NCBI GenBank assembly: GCA_965217865.1
Contig: CBDCJO010000002.1
Location: 4,512,001 to 4,576,000, forward strand
Origin: Candidatus Latescibacterota bacterium
GTDB taxonomy: Bacteria; Latescibacterota; UBA2968; SICM01
DNA length: 64,000 nucleotides
Reading direction: 5' to 3'
Shown here: positions 19,602 through 29,412 of the stretch, in pieces
How positions within the stretch are numbered: the stretch's first letter is position 1
How the letters are laid out: every line of letters starts with the position of its first letter
Made by a program: the position numbers and the translations under genes
Notes under the pieces: generated by a model
Told to the model about the DNA's origin: nothing
Seen by the model: only the letters and a program-made list of their open reading frames with translations
Databases searched by the model: none

Positions 19602-20351
19602 ATGAAGAAGCTTGATGGAAAAGTCGCAGTCGTAACTGGAGGAAACAGTGGCATCGGGTTGGCAATCGCCAAGGCCTTCCGAGAAGAAGGGGCTCTAGTC
19701 GCGATCCTCGGCCGTAATCCCGAGACTTTAGAGAGTGCGTCGAAAGAGCTTGGGAAGGGATCTTTTGCGGTTCAAGGAGATGTGTCGAAGATTAAGGACA
19801 TCGATCACCTTTACGCGGAGACGGTGCGAAACTTTGGCAACATCGACGTGCTTGTCGCCAATGCAGGCATCGGAGAGTTCATTCCGGTCGACAGCGCAGA
19901 CGAATCGCATTTCGACCGTGTGGTGAACATCAACTTCAAAGGTGCATAGTTCACCGCGCAGCGATCTCTTGAATACTTGAATAAAGGCGCTTCGATCATT
20001 CTGACGTCTTCCGCGTTGAACCAGATGGGTTGGCCAGGAACTTCCGTTTACAGTGCAACGAAGGCCGCTGTCCGGTCCCTGGCGCGTTCCTTCTCCGCTG
20101 ATCTGCTGCCAAAAGGCATTCGTGTGAACACGTTAAGCCCCGGACCTATCGAGACGCCGATTTTCGAGAGGCTGGGCTTGCCTCCCGAGGAACTCACGGG
20201 CTTCAAGGCACAGGTGACGGACCAGCACCCGATGAAGCGGTTCGGTCGTCCGGAAGAGATGGCCAGCGTGGCGGTGTTCCTGGCGTCAGACGATTCAACC
20301 TATGTCGTGGGTGCAGACCTGGTTGCGGACGGGGGGATGTCACAACTCTGA
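19602..20351 (+). pseudogene. Short-chain dehydrogenase/reductase split by an in-frame TAG at 19947-19949
   Basis: TGGNSGIG, ANAG, NFKGA*FTAQR, YSATK, PGPIETP all in one frame. Confidence 0.85.
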
Positions 20352-20482
20352 GTATGTTCCGGCGTTGGCTTGCCAAGAAACAGGCCAGACGGATTTCGTA
20401 GAAACGGGTTCACCGGGTGGACGGACCTTGGGTGAGTGATAAATTCTGAGAGGGAGACCAAAGATGTCATCTCAAAAACAAC

Positions 20483-21877
20483 ATGCAGCCGGTGTTCCTC
20501 ACGAGTCTGACGACGGTTGTTGGCTTCTTAAGCATGAATTTCAGCGACGTTCCGCCCTTCCGTGACCTGGGCAATATCACGGCGATGGGCGTGACAGCGG
20601 CATTCGTGTACTCCGTCCTACTCCTTCCTGCGATTATGGCTGTCCTGCCCATCCGGGTGAAGGTTCGAGAGGGCCGGGCGTACGCAATGACGGACCGGTT
20701 CGCGGATTTCGTGATCGCCCGCCGGAGGTCCTTGCTGTGGGGAGCCGCGGTCGCCGTGCTCGTACTCGGGGCCTTCGTTCCGCAAAACGACCTGAACGAT
20801 CAGTTCGTGAACTACTTCGACGAGAGCCTCGCTTTCCGGACGGATACGGATTTCGCGATGGAGAACCTGAGCGGGATCTACCAGATCGAATATTCCGTCG
20901 GCGCGGGACGGAGCCAGGGGATCAGCGATCCGTTGTATCTCGAACGGCTTGAGGCGTTCGCCGGATGGTTCCGGGAACAGCCGGGTGTGGTCCACGTGAA
21001 TACGCTGAGCGAGACGATGAAACGTCTAAACGCCAACATGCACGATGACGACCCTTCATATTACCGGATACCGGAAAATTCCGAACTCTCGGCGCAGTAC
21101 CTGCTCCTGTATGAGATGTCGCTGCCTTACGGGCTCGACCTGAACAATCAGATCAACGTGGACAAGTCCGCTTCGCGGGTCGTTGTGACCGCCGAGAACG
21201 TAACGACCCGGGAGCTTCGCGGCCTGGTCGAATCAGGCGAGGGGTGGTTGTTCAAGCATGCGCCGGACTATATGAACGCGGTCGGGGTCGGCCCCGCCGT
21301 GATGTTTTCCTATATCTCGGAGCGAAACATCAGGAGTATGCTGGTCGGGACACTCCTGGCATTCGGCGTCATAACCCTGGTGCTGATCGTGGCGCTTCGA
21401 AGCACGAAATTCGGTCTGATAAGTCTTTTGCCGAACCTTCTGCCCGCTGTCTTTGCTTTCGGGCTCTGGGGGATCCTCGTGGCTCAGGTGAATCTGGGTC
21501 TTTCCGTTGTGGTCGGGATGACGCTGGGGATCGTGGTGGATGACACGGTTCACTTCATGAGCAAGTACCTGAGGGCGCGACGGGAGAAGCGTCTCGAATC
21601 CAACGAGGCCGTTCGCTACGCCTTCTCTTCGGTGGTAACGTCGTTGATACTGGTCGCCGGATTCACGGTCCTCGCGCAGTCGACTTTCGGGTTCAACGCG
21701 GGGATGGGCAAGATGACGGCGCTGACGGTCGGGTTGGCGCTGCTGGTGGATTTCCTGTTCCTGCCACCCGTGCTTATGAAACTGGACGGCCGTAGGCGTG
21801 CCGTAGTCTTGAAAAGGAAAGTGGAGGCAGAACCTGAGGCGGGGGACCTTGCAACGGTTCCGGCCTTGACGGACTGA
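20483..21877 (+). pseudogene. MMPL/RND family transporter, C-terminal ~60% only
   Basis: Starts mid-protein at QPVFLTSLTTVVGF; GIVVDDTVHF motif; upstream RBS+ATG (20464) is out of frame. Confidence 0.75.
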
Positions 21878-21903
21878 TAACCCCTTCTGAAAGGAGTAGA
21901 ACG

Positions 21904-22818
21904 ATGTTTTTAGAATCCGTTGTGAAGAGATTGGAAGGAATTCCCGGGACGTTCAGACGGGCAGGCGGTTTGAAATCGACCGCAAGCCTTGCAGCCCTCC
22001 TGTTCCTGGTCAGTCTGGGGCTACCCCCTGTGGGGATAGCGGAGGACGCGAATCCCCCTTCCCTCGCGAGCCTTGTTGAACCGATTCGGGACACGATCAC
22101 GCCTGAACAGCGGGGGCTTGCCGTAGCCATCGAGGCGGATGAGAGAGATACGGGGTTCGGTGACTTTATCGCCGAGCTGAAGATGATTCTTATGAACCGG
22201 CACGGTGACAAGAGCACCCGGGTGATCCGCACAAAGACGTTCGAGATGACGGCGGACGGGGACAAGTCGCTCGTGATTTTCGACGAACCCCGCGACGTGA
22301 AGGGGACGGCATTCCTCTCGTTTACCCACAAAGCGGGGAGCGACGATCAGTGGCTCTACCTGCCGGCGTTGAGGCGAGTCAAGCGGATCGCATCAAACAA
22401 CAAGTCGGGGCCGTTTATGGGCAGCGAGTTCGCCTACGAGGATATCACCTCGCAAGAGGTGGAGAAGTACACCTACCGGTTCGTGGGTGAAGAGACACTG
22501 GAAGGCCAGAAGACTTTCGTTATCGAGCGATACCCGGTGGATCCGAAATCAGGATACGTGCGGCAGGTGGTCTGGTACGACCAGGCCCACTTCCGGCCTC
22601 TCCGGATCGCATATTACGATCGGAAGGACGATCTGCTGAAGACGCTGACCTACCACGGCTACCGGTTATACCTGGAGAAATACTGGCGGGCGGACCGAAT
22701 GGAGATGGTGAACCATCAGACGGGCAAATCAACGACGCTGGCGTGGTCGAACTACGTCTTCGCGACGGGTTTGACGGATCGAGATTTCAATAAGAGCAGC
22801 CTGCGGAGAGTCCGGTAG
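21904..22818 (+). CDS. Outer membrane lipoprotein-sorting protein (LolA-like)
   Basis: PRDVKGTAFL, DDQWLYLPALRRVKRI, FMGSEFAYED, LLKTL. Confidence 0.85.
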   Translation: MFLESVVKRLEGIPGTFRRAGGLKSTASLAALLFLVSLGLPPVGIAEDANPPSLASLVEPIRDTITPEQRGLAVAIEADERDTGFGDFIAELKMILMNRHGDKSTRVIRTKTFEMTADGDKSLVIFDEPRDVKGTAFLSFTHKAGSDDQWLYLPALRRVKRIASNNKSGPFMGSEFAYEDITSQEVEKYTYRFVGEETLEGQKTFVIERYPVDPKSGYVRQVVWYDQAHFRPLRIAYYDRKDDLLKTLTYHGYRLYLEKYWRADRMEMVNHQTGKSTTLAWSNYVFATGLTDRDFNKSSLRRVR

Positions 22819-22850
22819 GAAAGATCGTATCTAGCAGGCGCGAGGGAATT

Positions 22851-24047
22851 ATGAAAACCACGAAAGGAAAATATCTCATGCGCTCCGGCCTCCTGATCAC
22901 CTTGTTGCTCGTATCCGTGGTGGGATCTTCCCGGGCGGGGGACTGGTCGGGCTTTGCCGCGATCGAATCCCGGGCCTTTCCCCAATCGCCCCTGGCCAAC
23001 CGGCAGCCGAGTATAGACGTGTCTTTTACCCTGGCGCCGGAGTTCACGACGGTGTGGGGGAACGGCGGGCAGGCTTTGTCGTTCGAGGGATTCCTGAGGT
23101 TGGACCAGAACGACGGAAGGCGGACGCACTGGGACATTCGCGAGCTCTACTGGGAGATGATCGCGGACAGGTGGGAGCTGCGCGCCGGGGTGCATACCGT
23201 CTTCTGGGGGGTTACAGAGTCACAACACCTGGTCAACCTTCTGAATCAGACCGACCTGGTGGAGCGGCCGGACGGCGAGGCCAAGCTGGGTCAGCCGATG
23301 GTGAACCTGACGCTCGTAAATGACTGGGGCACACTCGATCTGTTTCTGTTAACGGGCTTCCGCGAACGGATCTACCCCGGGGGCGACGGCAGGCTGAGGC
23401 CGCCGCTCGAGGTGGGCGATGAAGCGGTCTATGACACCGGAAGACTGAAGCGCCACCTGGGATGGGCGGCCAGGTGGTTCCAAACCATCGGCAGCTTCGA
23501 CGTGGGGTTGTCGCACTTCTGGGGGACCGGTCGGGATCCCGTACTGCGGCCTATCGACGGGGAGCTCCGGCCCCACTATCAACACATTCAGCAGACCGGG
23601 ATCGACCTGCAGGCCATTACGGGTGGATGGCTCTGGAAACTCGAGACGATTCATCGAAGCGGCCAGGGGGACCGGTTTACCGCAATGACGGGGGGATTCG
23701 AATACACGTTTTCTAACTTGAAGAACACCGGCACCGACATCGGCGTCCTGTTCGAATATCTGTACGACACTCAGGGATCGGACGCCCTGACGCCGTTCGA
23801 GGATGACCTTTTCGCGGGGACGAGGATTGCGTTGAACGACGTTCAGAGTACGGAGGTCCTCGCCGGGATGATCGTGGACCGGACGTCGGGCAGTAGCCTG
23901 ATGCTTCTGGAGGCGAGCCGGCGCGTGCGGGATCGGTGGAAGGTGACGTTCGAAATGCGCGGGTTCCTGAGGACATCACCGGACGATCCGCTTTACGGAT
24001 TAAGGCGGGACGGGTACGCGGAGCTGAAGATGTCGCATCATTTTTAG
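22851..24047 (+). CDS. Putative outer-membrane beta-barrel partner of the MMPL/LolA-like pair
   Basis: Signal peptide, DIRELYW, FWGVTES, C-terminal Phe, operon context. Confidence 0.65.
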   Translation: MKTTKGKYLMRSGLLITLLLVSVVGSSRAGDWSGFAAIESRAFPQSPLANRQPSIDVSFTLAPEFTTVWGNGGQALSFEGFLRLDQNDGRRTHWDIRELYWEMIADRWELRAGVHTVFWGVTESQHLVNLLNQTDLVERPDGEAKLGQPMVNLTLVNDWGTLDLFLLTGFRERIYPGGDGRLRPPLEVGDEAVYDTGRLKRHLGWAARWFQTIGSFDVGLSHFWGTGRDPVLRPIDGELRPHYQHIQQTGIDLQAITGGWLWKLETIHRSGQGDRFTAMTGGFEYTFSNLKNTGTDIGVLFEYLYDTQGSDALTPFEDDLFAGTRIALNDVQSTEVLAGMIVDRTSGSSLMLLEASRRVRDRWKVTFEMRGFLRTSPDDPLYGLRRDGYAELKMSHHF

Positions 24048-24068
24048 GCCTCAGGGCTCACATTCCGA

Positions 24069-24362
24069 TTGACATTTTTTCGTTATTTTCTTAGCTTAAG
24101 AAGGCAGTCAGGGTAATCAGGAATTAATTCGAAAAGGAATATTGATACATGACAGGGATCCGGATTACACATTCGTCCTGAAGAGACGTAACGAATTGGC
24201 GGGACAGGTATCCGCTTTCGTTATTCGTTTTCAGGGCCCTTGATTGTATGATCCGGGATCCCTTGCAATCTGATTGATCGTCCAGTATTGTAGAGCCATT
24301 CTCCACCGGATGGTTCTTTTTTTTACCGGCCGCAGGAAGGATCCTGCGGCCTTTTTCTTTTC
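24069..24362 (+). promoter_or_regulatory. Promoter and structured attenuator-like leader of the ABC-F gene
   Basis: TTGACA-17-TAGCTT (24069-24097); short uORFs; terminator-like hairpins at 24292-24324 and 24328-24362. Confidence 0.6.
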
Positions 24363-24376
24363 GGAAAGGATCCTTT

Positions 24377-25990
24377 GTGTCTTTACTGAACGTTTCAGAA
24401 CTGGCTTTTCGACACGTCTCCCAAAGCGAGTGGCTTTTCAAGGACGTATCGTTTGAAATCAATTCGCAGGACCGGATCGGGTTGATCGGTCCCAACGGGG
24501 CAGGCAAGACAACGCTGTTGGGAATCCTGACGGGAGAGCTCGGTCCGAACTCCGGATCGATCGCGATTCGAAAAGGACTTCGGATCGGAACCATTCCACA
24601 GGAAAGCCCGGTCGGGGAATCGGAATCCCTGGAGGAGTTCGTCCTGCGGGCATTTCCGGAAATCCGCAGATTGCGAAAGGAACTTCAAGGCCTGGAACCA
24701 CGCCTGAATGAAGACTCGATAGCGGGTCGATATGCCGATCTGCTGGCCGCCTATGAAAAACATGGGGGATACCGTTCCGAGGCCGACAGCAGGCGTGTCC
24801 TGGACGGACTCGGGTTCGACGATCGGGAGCGTCGGCTTCGGATGGACCATCTGTCGAGCGGACAGCGCGCCCGGGGGCACCTCGCGAAGCTGCTCCTCAC
24901 CCCTGTGGACTTGCTGCTGATCGACGAGCCCACGAATCATCTCGACATCGCTGCCCAGCAATGGCTCGAAAATTATCTCGCCGGATTGGACCTACCTTAC
25001 GTGATGGTCACCCATGACCGGGCGTTCTTGAGCGGATCGACAAACCGAATCTTCGACATTCGACGCGGTGCGCTGACGGTTTTCGAGGGGGGGTTCGTGT
25101 TTTATCGAGAACAGCAAGGCCTTCAAAATCGACAGGCGTGGGAACGCTACCTCGGACAGCAGAGGCGGATCGATGCGGCTCGACAAGCTTCGGAACGGCG
25201 GATGAGACTGGCCCGCAAGATGACCGATACCTCTCCGGGCAAAAGGAGGAATCACGATCCATATGACGACTCATTTTACGCGCGGAAGGCGGGAAAGGTC
25301 CAGCGCACGGCTCGAATCCTCACGGAAAGGGTTGAGCGGGAACCGGAAATCCCGAAACCCTGGGAAGAGGACCCCATCCCGGTGCTTCGTTTTCCGAATG
25401 TCGCCAGGACGGGTGACACGGTTCTCCAGGTTGATTGTTTGTCGAAGTCATTCGACGAAAAGGGGCTGTTTACGGGTCTTAAGTTTTCCGTCCGGCGCGG
25501 ACAACGCCTGGCGATTCTCGGCCCAAACGGTTCGGGAAAGACCACTTTGCTTCGGATTTTTATCGATGAAGAGATTCCTGACGGGGGCGAGGTAAAATTC
25601 GGGGCCCAGGTTAAAATTGGATACTTTGCACAGGAAGGGTCAAACCTCGACCCGGCGTTATCTCCTGTTGCCATCTGTAAGGCCGTTCACGGGGATGAGA
25701 CGTGGGTGAGGACGATTCTGGGTTGTTTGAAGGTGCGGGGAGAACAGGCGAATCAGCCGGTCGGAACGATGAGCGGTGGGGAGCGAGGCAAGGTCGCACT
25801 GGCTCGTCTGCTTTTGAGCGGCGCGAATCTTCTCCTTCTGGATGAACCGACGAATCATCTGGACCTCGAAGCCCGGGAAGCGGTTGAAGGAACGCTTTCC
25901 CAGTTCCCCGGGACAATCCTCTTCGTCTCCCACGATCGGTTTTTTATCGAGGCCCTCGCGGATCAGGTTATCGATATAGGTGTCGACTGA
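24377..25990 (+). CDS. ABC-F family ribosome-associated ATPase
   Basis: Two NBDs (GPNGAGKT/LSSGQ/DEPTNHLD and GPNGSGKT/MSGGE/DEPTNHLD), no TM segments, long linker. Confidence 0.92.
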   Translation: MSLLNVSELAFRHVSQSEWLFKDVSFEINSQDRIGLIGPNGAGKTTLLGILTGELGPNSGSIAIRKGLRIGTIPQESPVGESESLEEFVLRAFPEIRRLRKELQGLEPRLNEDSIAGRYADLLAAYEKHGGYRSEADSRRVLDGLGFDDRERRLRMDHLSSGQRARGHLAKLLLTPVDLLLIDEPTNHLDIAAQQWLENYLAGLDLPYVMVTHDRAFLSGSTNRIFDIRRGALTVFEGGFVFYREQQGLQNRQAWERYLGQQRRIDAARQASERRMRLARKMTDTSPGKRRNHDPYDDSFYARKAGKVQRTARILTERVEREPEIPKPWEEDPIPVLRFPNVARTGDTVLQVDCLSKSFDEKGLFTGLKFSVRRGQRLAILGPNGSGKTTLLRIFIDEEIPDGGEVKFGAQVKIGYFAQEGSNLDPALSPVAICKAVHGDETWVRTILGCLKVRGEQANQPVGTMSGGERGKVALARLLLSGANLLLLDEPTNHLDLEAREAVEGTLSQFPGTILFVSHDRFFIEALADQVIDIGVD

Positions 25991-26163
25991 AAACAAGCTT
26001 TTGTTTATTCAACGAGTTAGGTTCGTTTACCGGACGTCCGGAAAATTGTGTCGGCCATAAGGGGTCTCCAAATCAAAAGAAGCGTTTACGAGGGAGGAGG
26101 AGTTATTTATCTTTAGATCGGAATAGGTCCAACCTGTCCATCAACCGAAGGATTAACCCTTAT

Positions 26164-26766
26164 ATGCAATTGATTCTGATTCGACACGGAGAATCGATGG
26201 ATCAAACCCGAAAAGTGCTCTCGGGTCAGGCCACATGCGCGGGTCTTTCCGGCCGCGGTTTTCAACAGGCACGAGTTTTGGCCGATCGCATTCGGACCAC
26301 AGGCGAATTCAACGCGTGTCAGGATTTCCTCTGCAGCACGGTGCGAAGAGCTCGTGAAACCGCTGAAGTGCTGATGGATGCTTTGCCGGTTTCGTCGTAT
26401 CAAGAGGATAGGGACCTGTGCGAAATTCTTTTCGGGGAGGCGGAGGGTCTCACGCAGGAGGCCTCCGGAGCCAAATACGGTATGTCAACGCCAACCGGAG
26501 GAGAGAGCTGGAGGGCGTTCCGCGACCGGGTGGGCTCCACGCTGGATCGGTATTCCGAACGGTTCGGAGGTCGAACGGTGGTTGCGGTGACTCACGCCGG
26601 ATTCGTCCTGGCCTCTATGATCGAACTGTTCGGTGGACCCGAAACCAGGGCCTGGTTGGATCCTTCGAACACGGGAATTACGGAGTGGTACCGGTCCGAA
26701 GGGAAGTGGACGCTTGTTAAGTATAACGACTTTTCTCACCTTTGTATGGTGAATGGAGAAGGTTGA
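26164..26766 (+). CDS. Histidine phosphatase family protein
   Basis: LIRHGES, RARETA, GGES, VTHAG. Confidence 0.9.
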   Translation: MQLILIRHGESMDQTRKVLSGQATCAGLSGRGFQQARVLADRIRTTGEFNACQDFLCSTVRRARETAEVLMDALPVSSYQEDRDLCEILFGEAEGLTQEASGAKYGMSTPTGGESWRAFRDRVGSTLDRYSERFGGRTVVAVTHAGFVLASMIELFGGPETRAWLDPSNTGITEWYRSEGKWTLVKYNDFSHLCMVNGEG

Positions 26767-26775
26767 AAAAGCTCC

Positions 26776-27670
26776 TCAGCTAAGATCGTAGATTGCGTCA
26801 AATCGCTTCCCGGTTTCAACCAGGGTTACCGGGACCTGGGCGACCTCCTCGATTTTATCGATTAACCCCTGGACTCTGGGGGTTATTTTCAATTTGTCCC
26901 GAATATCCGGATCGAGATGATCGCAAAAGGTCAATGCGATTTGGGTGGGACCGTTCAACATCACCGCTTCCTCGAGATGATCCCAGGAAATTCCGCTGGA
27001 TTTCTTCCTGCGGCGTCCGGTCCTCACTCCGAACTCCGCGATGTTTCGGGCATCCTGTTCCTCTTCGGATATTTGAAAAGGAAGCGGTCCTCCGCCAACC
27101 CGGGATGGAAGGGCTTTTACGACGAGTATAACCTCCTTGATATATCTCCAATTCAATCCTACGTCGTCGGCCAGGGCGGCTGTGGTACAATTATCAGAAG
27201 TGCTATAGGGATAGTCTCGGGTTAATGCCAGAGAGAGAAACGTCAAACGGAATTCCGCCTGCGCGACGCCCGTGCCGCTTTGCGTCGAGCCGACTTCGTG
27301 CCGCAAGTGGTTATCCAATTGCTCCTCCTTCCTGTGTTTCGGCAGGATGACGGGGCACCGGAAGTCAACCCGGGCGCGTTTTGAGGTTCCGAACTCTTCG
27401 TCAAACTCGGTGATTTCATTCAGGAATATCTCGGGATCCACCGCCACCCCGCTTCCAACCCGAAGTTCCCCACCTGCAAGGATTCCGGCCATCGGGATCT
27501 GGGTGAGTCTTTATCATTCTTTTGGCATCCAGGTACAGGCTATGTCCTGCATTCGTTCCCGTTCCTGCGCGGACACAAATATCGGCTTTATCCCTCTGTG
27601 CCAGATATGACGCTACTTTGCCCTTTCCCGAATCACCCCAGAACGCATCGACAATAATAGTTGCTCCCAC
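26776..27670 (-). pseudogene. purA: Adenylosuccinate synthetase (short, archaeal-type) with a frameshift and an internal deletion
   Basis: GTG 27670 ..FWGDSGKGK..NAGHS; frameshift near 27500; VGSTQSGTG joined directly to LSLALTRDYPYSTS (EGxQG segment absent); SRVGGGP, EFGVRTGRRR. Confidence 0.8.
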
Positions 27671-27775
27671 TGTATCACCTCCATTTGTGAACAGTTTTCT
27701 AAGCCGACCGATAAAATAAACCATTTCTTACATAAGTAAAATTGATTATATTTATTATGTTGATAAGGATCGCTT

Positions 27776-28648
27776 ATGAATATAAATCAGTTTCGGGCCT
27801 TTTGTTTTGTTGTCGAGGAGAAAAGCTTCAGCCGGGCAGCCAGGCGGATGTTCGTGAGCCAGCCCGCTTTGAGCATGCAGATCAAATCCTTAGAGGGCGA
27901 GTTAGGAGAACCTCTCTTTGATCGAAATAACAGAATGGTTCTCCTGACGGATGGAGGCGAGATTTTTTATGAACATGTAAAACGCATTTTTGAGGAGATC
28001 GATTCAGCCCGCCATCAGATTGATGAAATCCGGGAACTTTCCCGGGGACATCTCAGGATTGCTTGCAGCGACACGGTGAGCAAATATTATCTGCTTCCGA
28101 TTCTATCCGATTTTTTGGATAAACATCCGGGAATTGAGCTCACGGTTCATAATAAGACCACTCAGCAGATCGTTAAGCAGGTGCTCGATATGGAGGTGGA
28201 TATCGGGTTGGCCACCATGCCGGTTTCCCACGTTCAACTTTCCGAAAAGCCGATTTTTGGATATCATGATGTGGCGGTCTGTAAACCTTCTCATTCCCTT
28301 GCAAAGCGGTCGGCGATCGACCTTATGGGGCTCAGCCAGATTCGATTGCTTTTGCTGGAACCGGGAACAAAAAGCAGGTCGCTTATCGATCAGGCTTTCA
28401 TAAATTCGGGATGCGCTCCGGGATCTGTGATGGAACTTGGGAGTGTGGAGGTCCAAAAGGATTTTGCGAAAATCGGTTTGGGGGTTGCGATCGTTCCGGA
28501 CTTCGCGGTTGGTGGAGAGGCAAAAGATGGGACCCTTTCCGTGCTCAAGATAAAAAATGTCCCCAAGCGGCAGGTTGGCACGGTGATTCGAAAAACGCGG
28601 TCTCTATCCCTTGCGGCTAAAACTTTCCTTGCGAAGTTAGGTAAATGA
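27776..28648 (+). CDS. LysR family regulator, divergent from purA
   Basis: SFSRAARRMFVSQPALSMQIKSLEGELG HTH. Confidence 0.95.
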   Translation: MNINQFRAFCFVVEEKSFSRAARRMFVSQPALSMQIKSLEGELGEPLFDRNNRMVLLTDGGEIFYEHVKRIFEEIDSARHQIDEIRELSRGHLRIACSDTVSKYYLLPILSDFLDKHPGIELTVHNKTTQQIVKQVLDMEVDIGLATMPVSHVQLSEKPIFGYHDVAVCKPSHSLAKRSAIDLMGLSQIRLLLLEPGTKSRSLIDQAFINSGCAPGSVMELGSVEVQKDFAKIGLGVAIVPDFAVGGEAKDGTLSVLKIKNVPKRQVGTVIRKTRSLSLAAKTFLAKLGK

Positions 28649-28809
28649 ACGTCCTATGGGCTTCCGGTGCCAGGCAGAAAACAGAAAAAATGGCCGGTAC
28701 CCCATAAAAAATGGGCACCGGCCGTCTCACAGTTTCGCTTCATGCAAAAGCTGCCTGAAGCCCTATGACAGCAAGGGCTATGATTTCAAGATTGCAGACT
28801 GAATGAATC

Positions 28810-29391
28810 TTAGAACTCTGCAGGAAGTGTTTGCAGCCTCTGCTGCAGGCCTTGGATCTCCTGATCCAGTGCCGTAAGTACTTTTGTGCTCCTACAGCGC
28901 GTATAGAGCAGTCCCGGAAGTTCTACCCTAAGGAGGTCCTCAATTATAATGAGATCCTCAACAGGCATTAGCCCGATTGTCTCCCCCTCTTCTTGTTCAA
29001 GGTCACCGATTGCAGTAGAACCTCCGTCTACAACATGGTCACTTGGCGCCTGTGTCCCGCCTTCCCCGCCTGAGCCCGAGGTAGACGGCCACCAGAGCGC
29101 TTGCAGGGCCTCTGTGACTATCCGCTTCTCAGACTCGTCGGCCTGGTCCATATACTGCTTGATCGCCATAAAGAGATCCTGTGTGCTCATCAATAGGTCC
29201 AACCTGGCATTTAGATGCGTCCTGTGAGCGTTCAGGTTGTTTTGGAAGACCTCCAGCAGAGGCCCAGGCACAGAGGCGGGCTTTGGTAGCGGAATGGGAA
29301 GTAAGCCGGGCTGCTGTGCAGCAGCAGACGCCGACATCCCGCAAAGTAAGACCACCGATAGAAGTACGTGTTTGTACCGGTAGATAAACAT
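28810..29391 (-). CDS. Hypothetical secreted protein
   Basis: AGGAGG RBS before ATG 29391; signal-peptide-like start ..MSASAAA; no family recognised. Confidence 0.5.
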   Translation of the reverse strand: MFIYRYKHVLLSVVLLCGMSASAAAQQPGLLPIPLPKPASVPGPLLEVFQNNLNAHRTHLNARLDLLMSTQDLFMAIKQYMDQADESEKRIVTEALQALWWPSTSGSGGEGGTQAPSDHVVDGGSTAIGDLEQEEGETIGLMPVEDLIIIEDLLRVELPGLLYTRCRSTKVLTALDQEIQGLQQRLQTLPAEF

Positions 29392-29412
29392 TGCAATATC
29401 CTCCCTCCTTAG

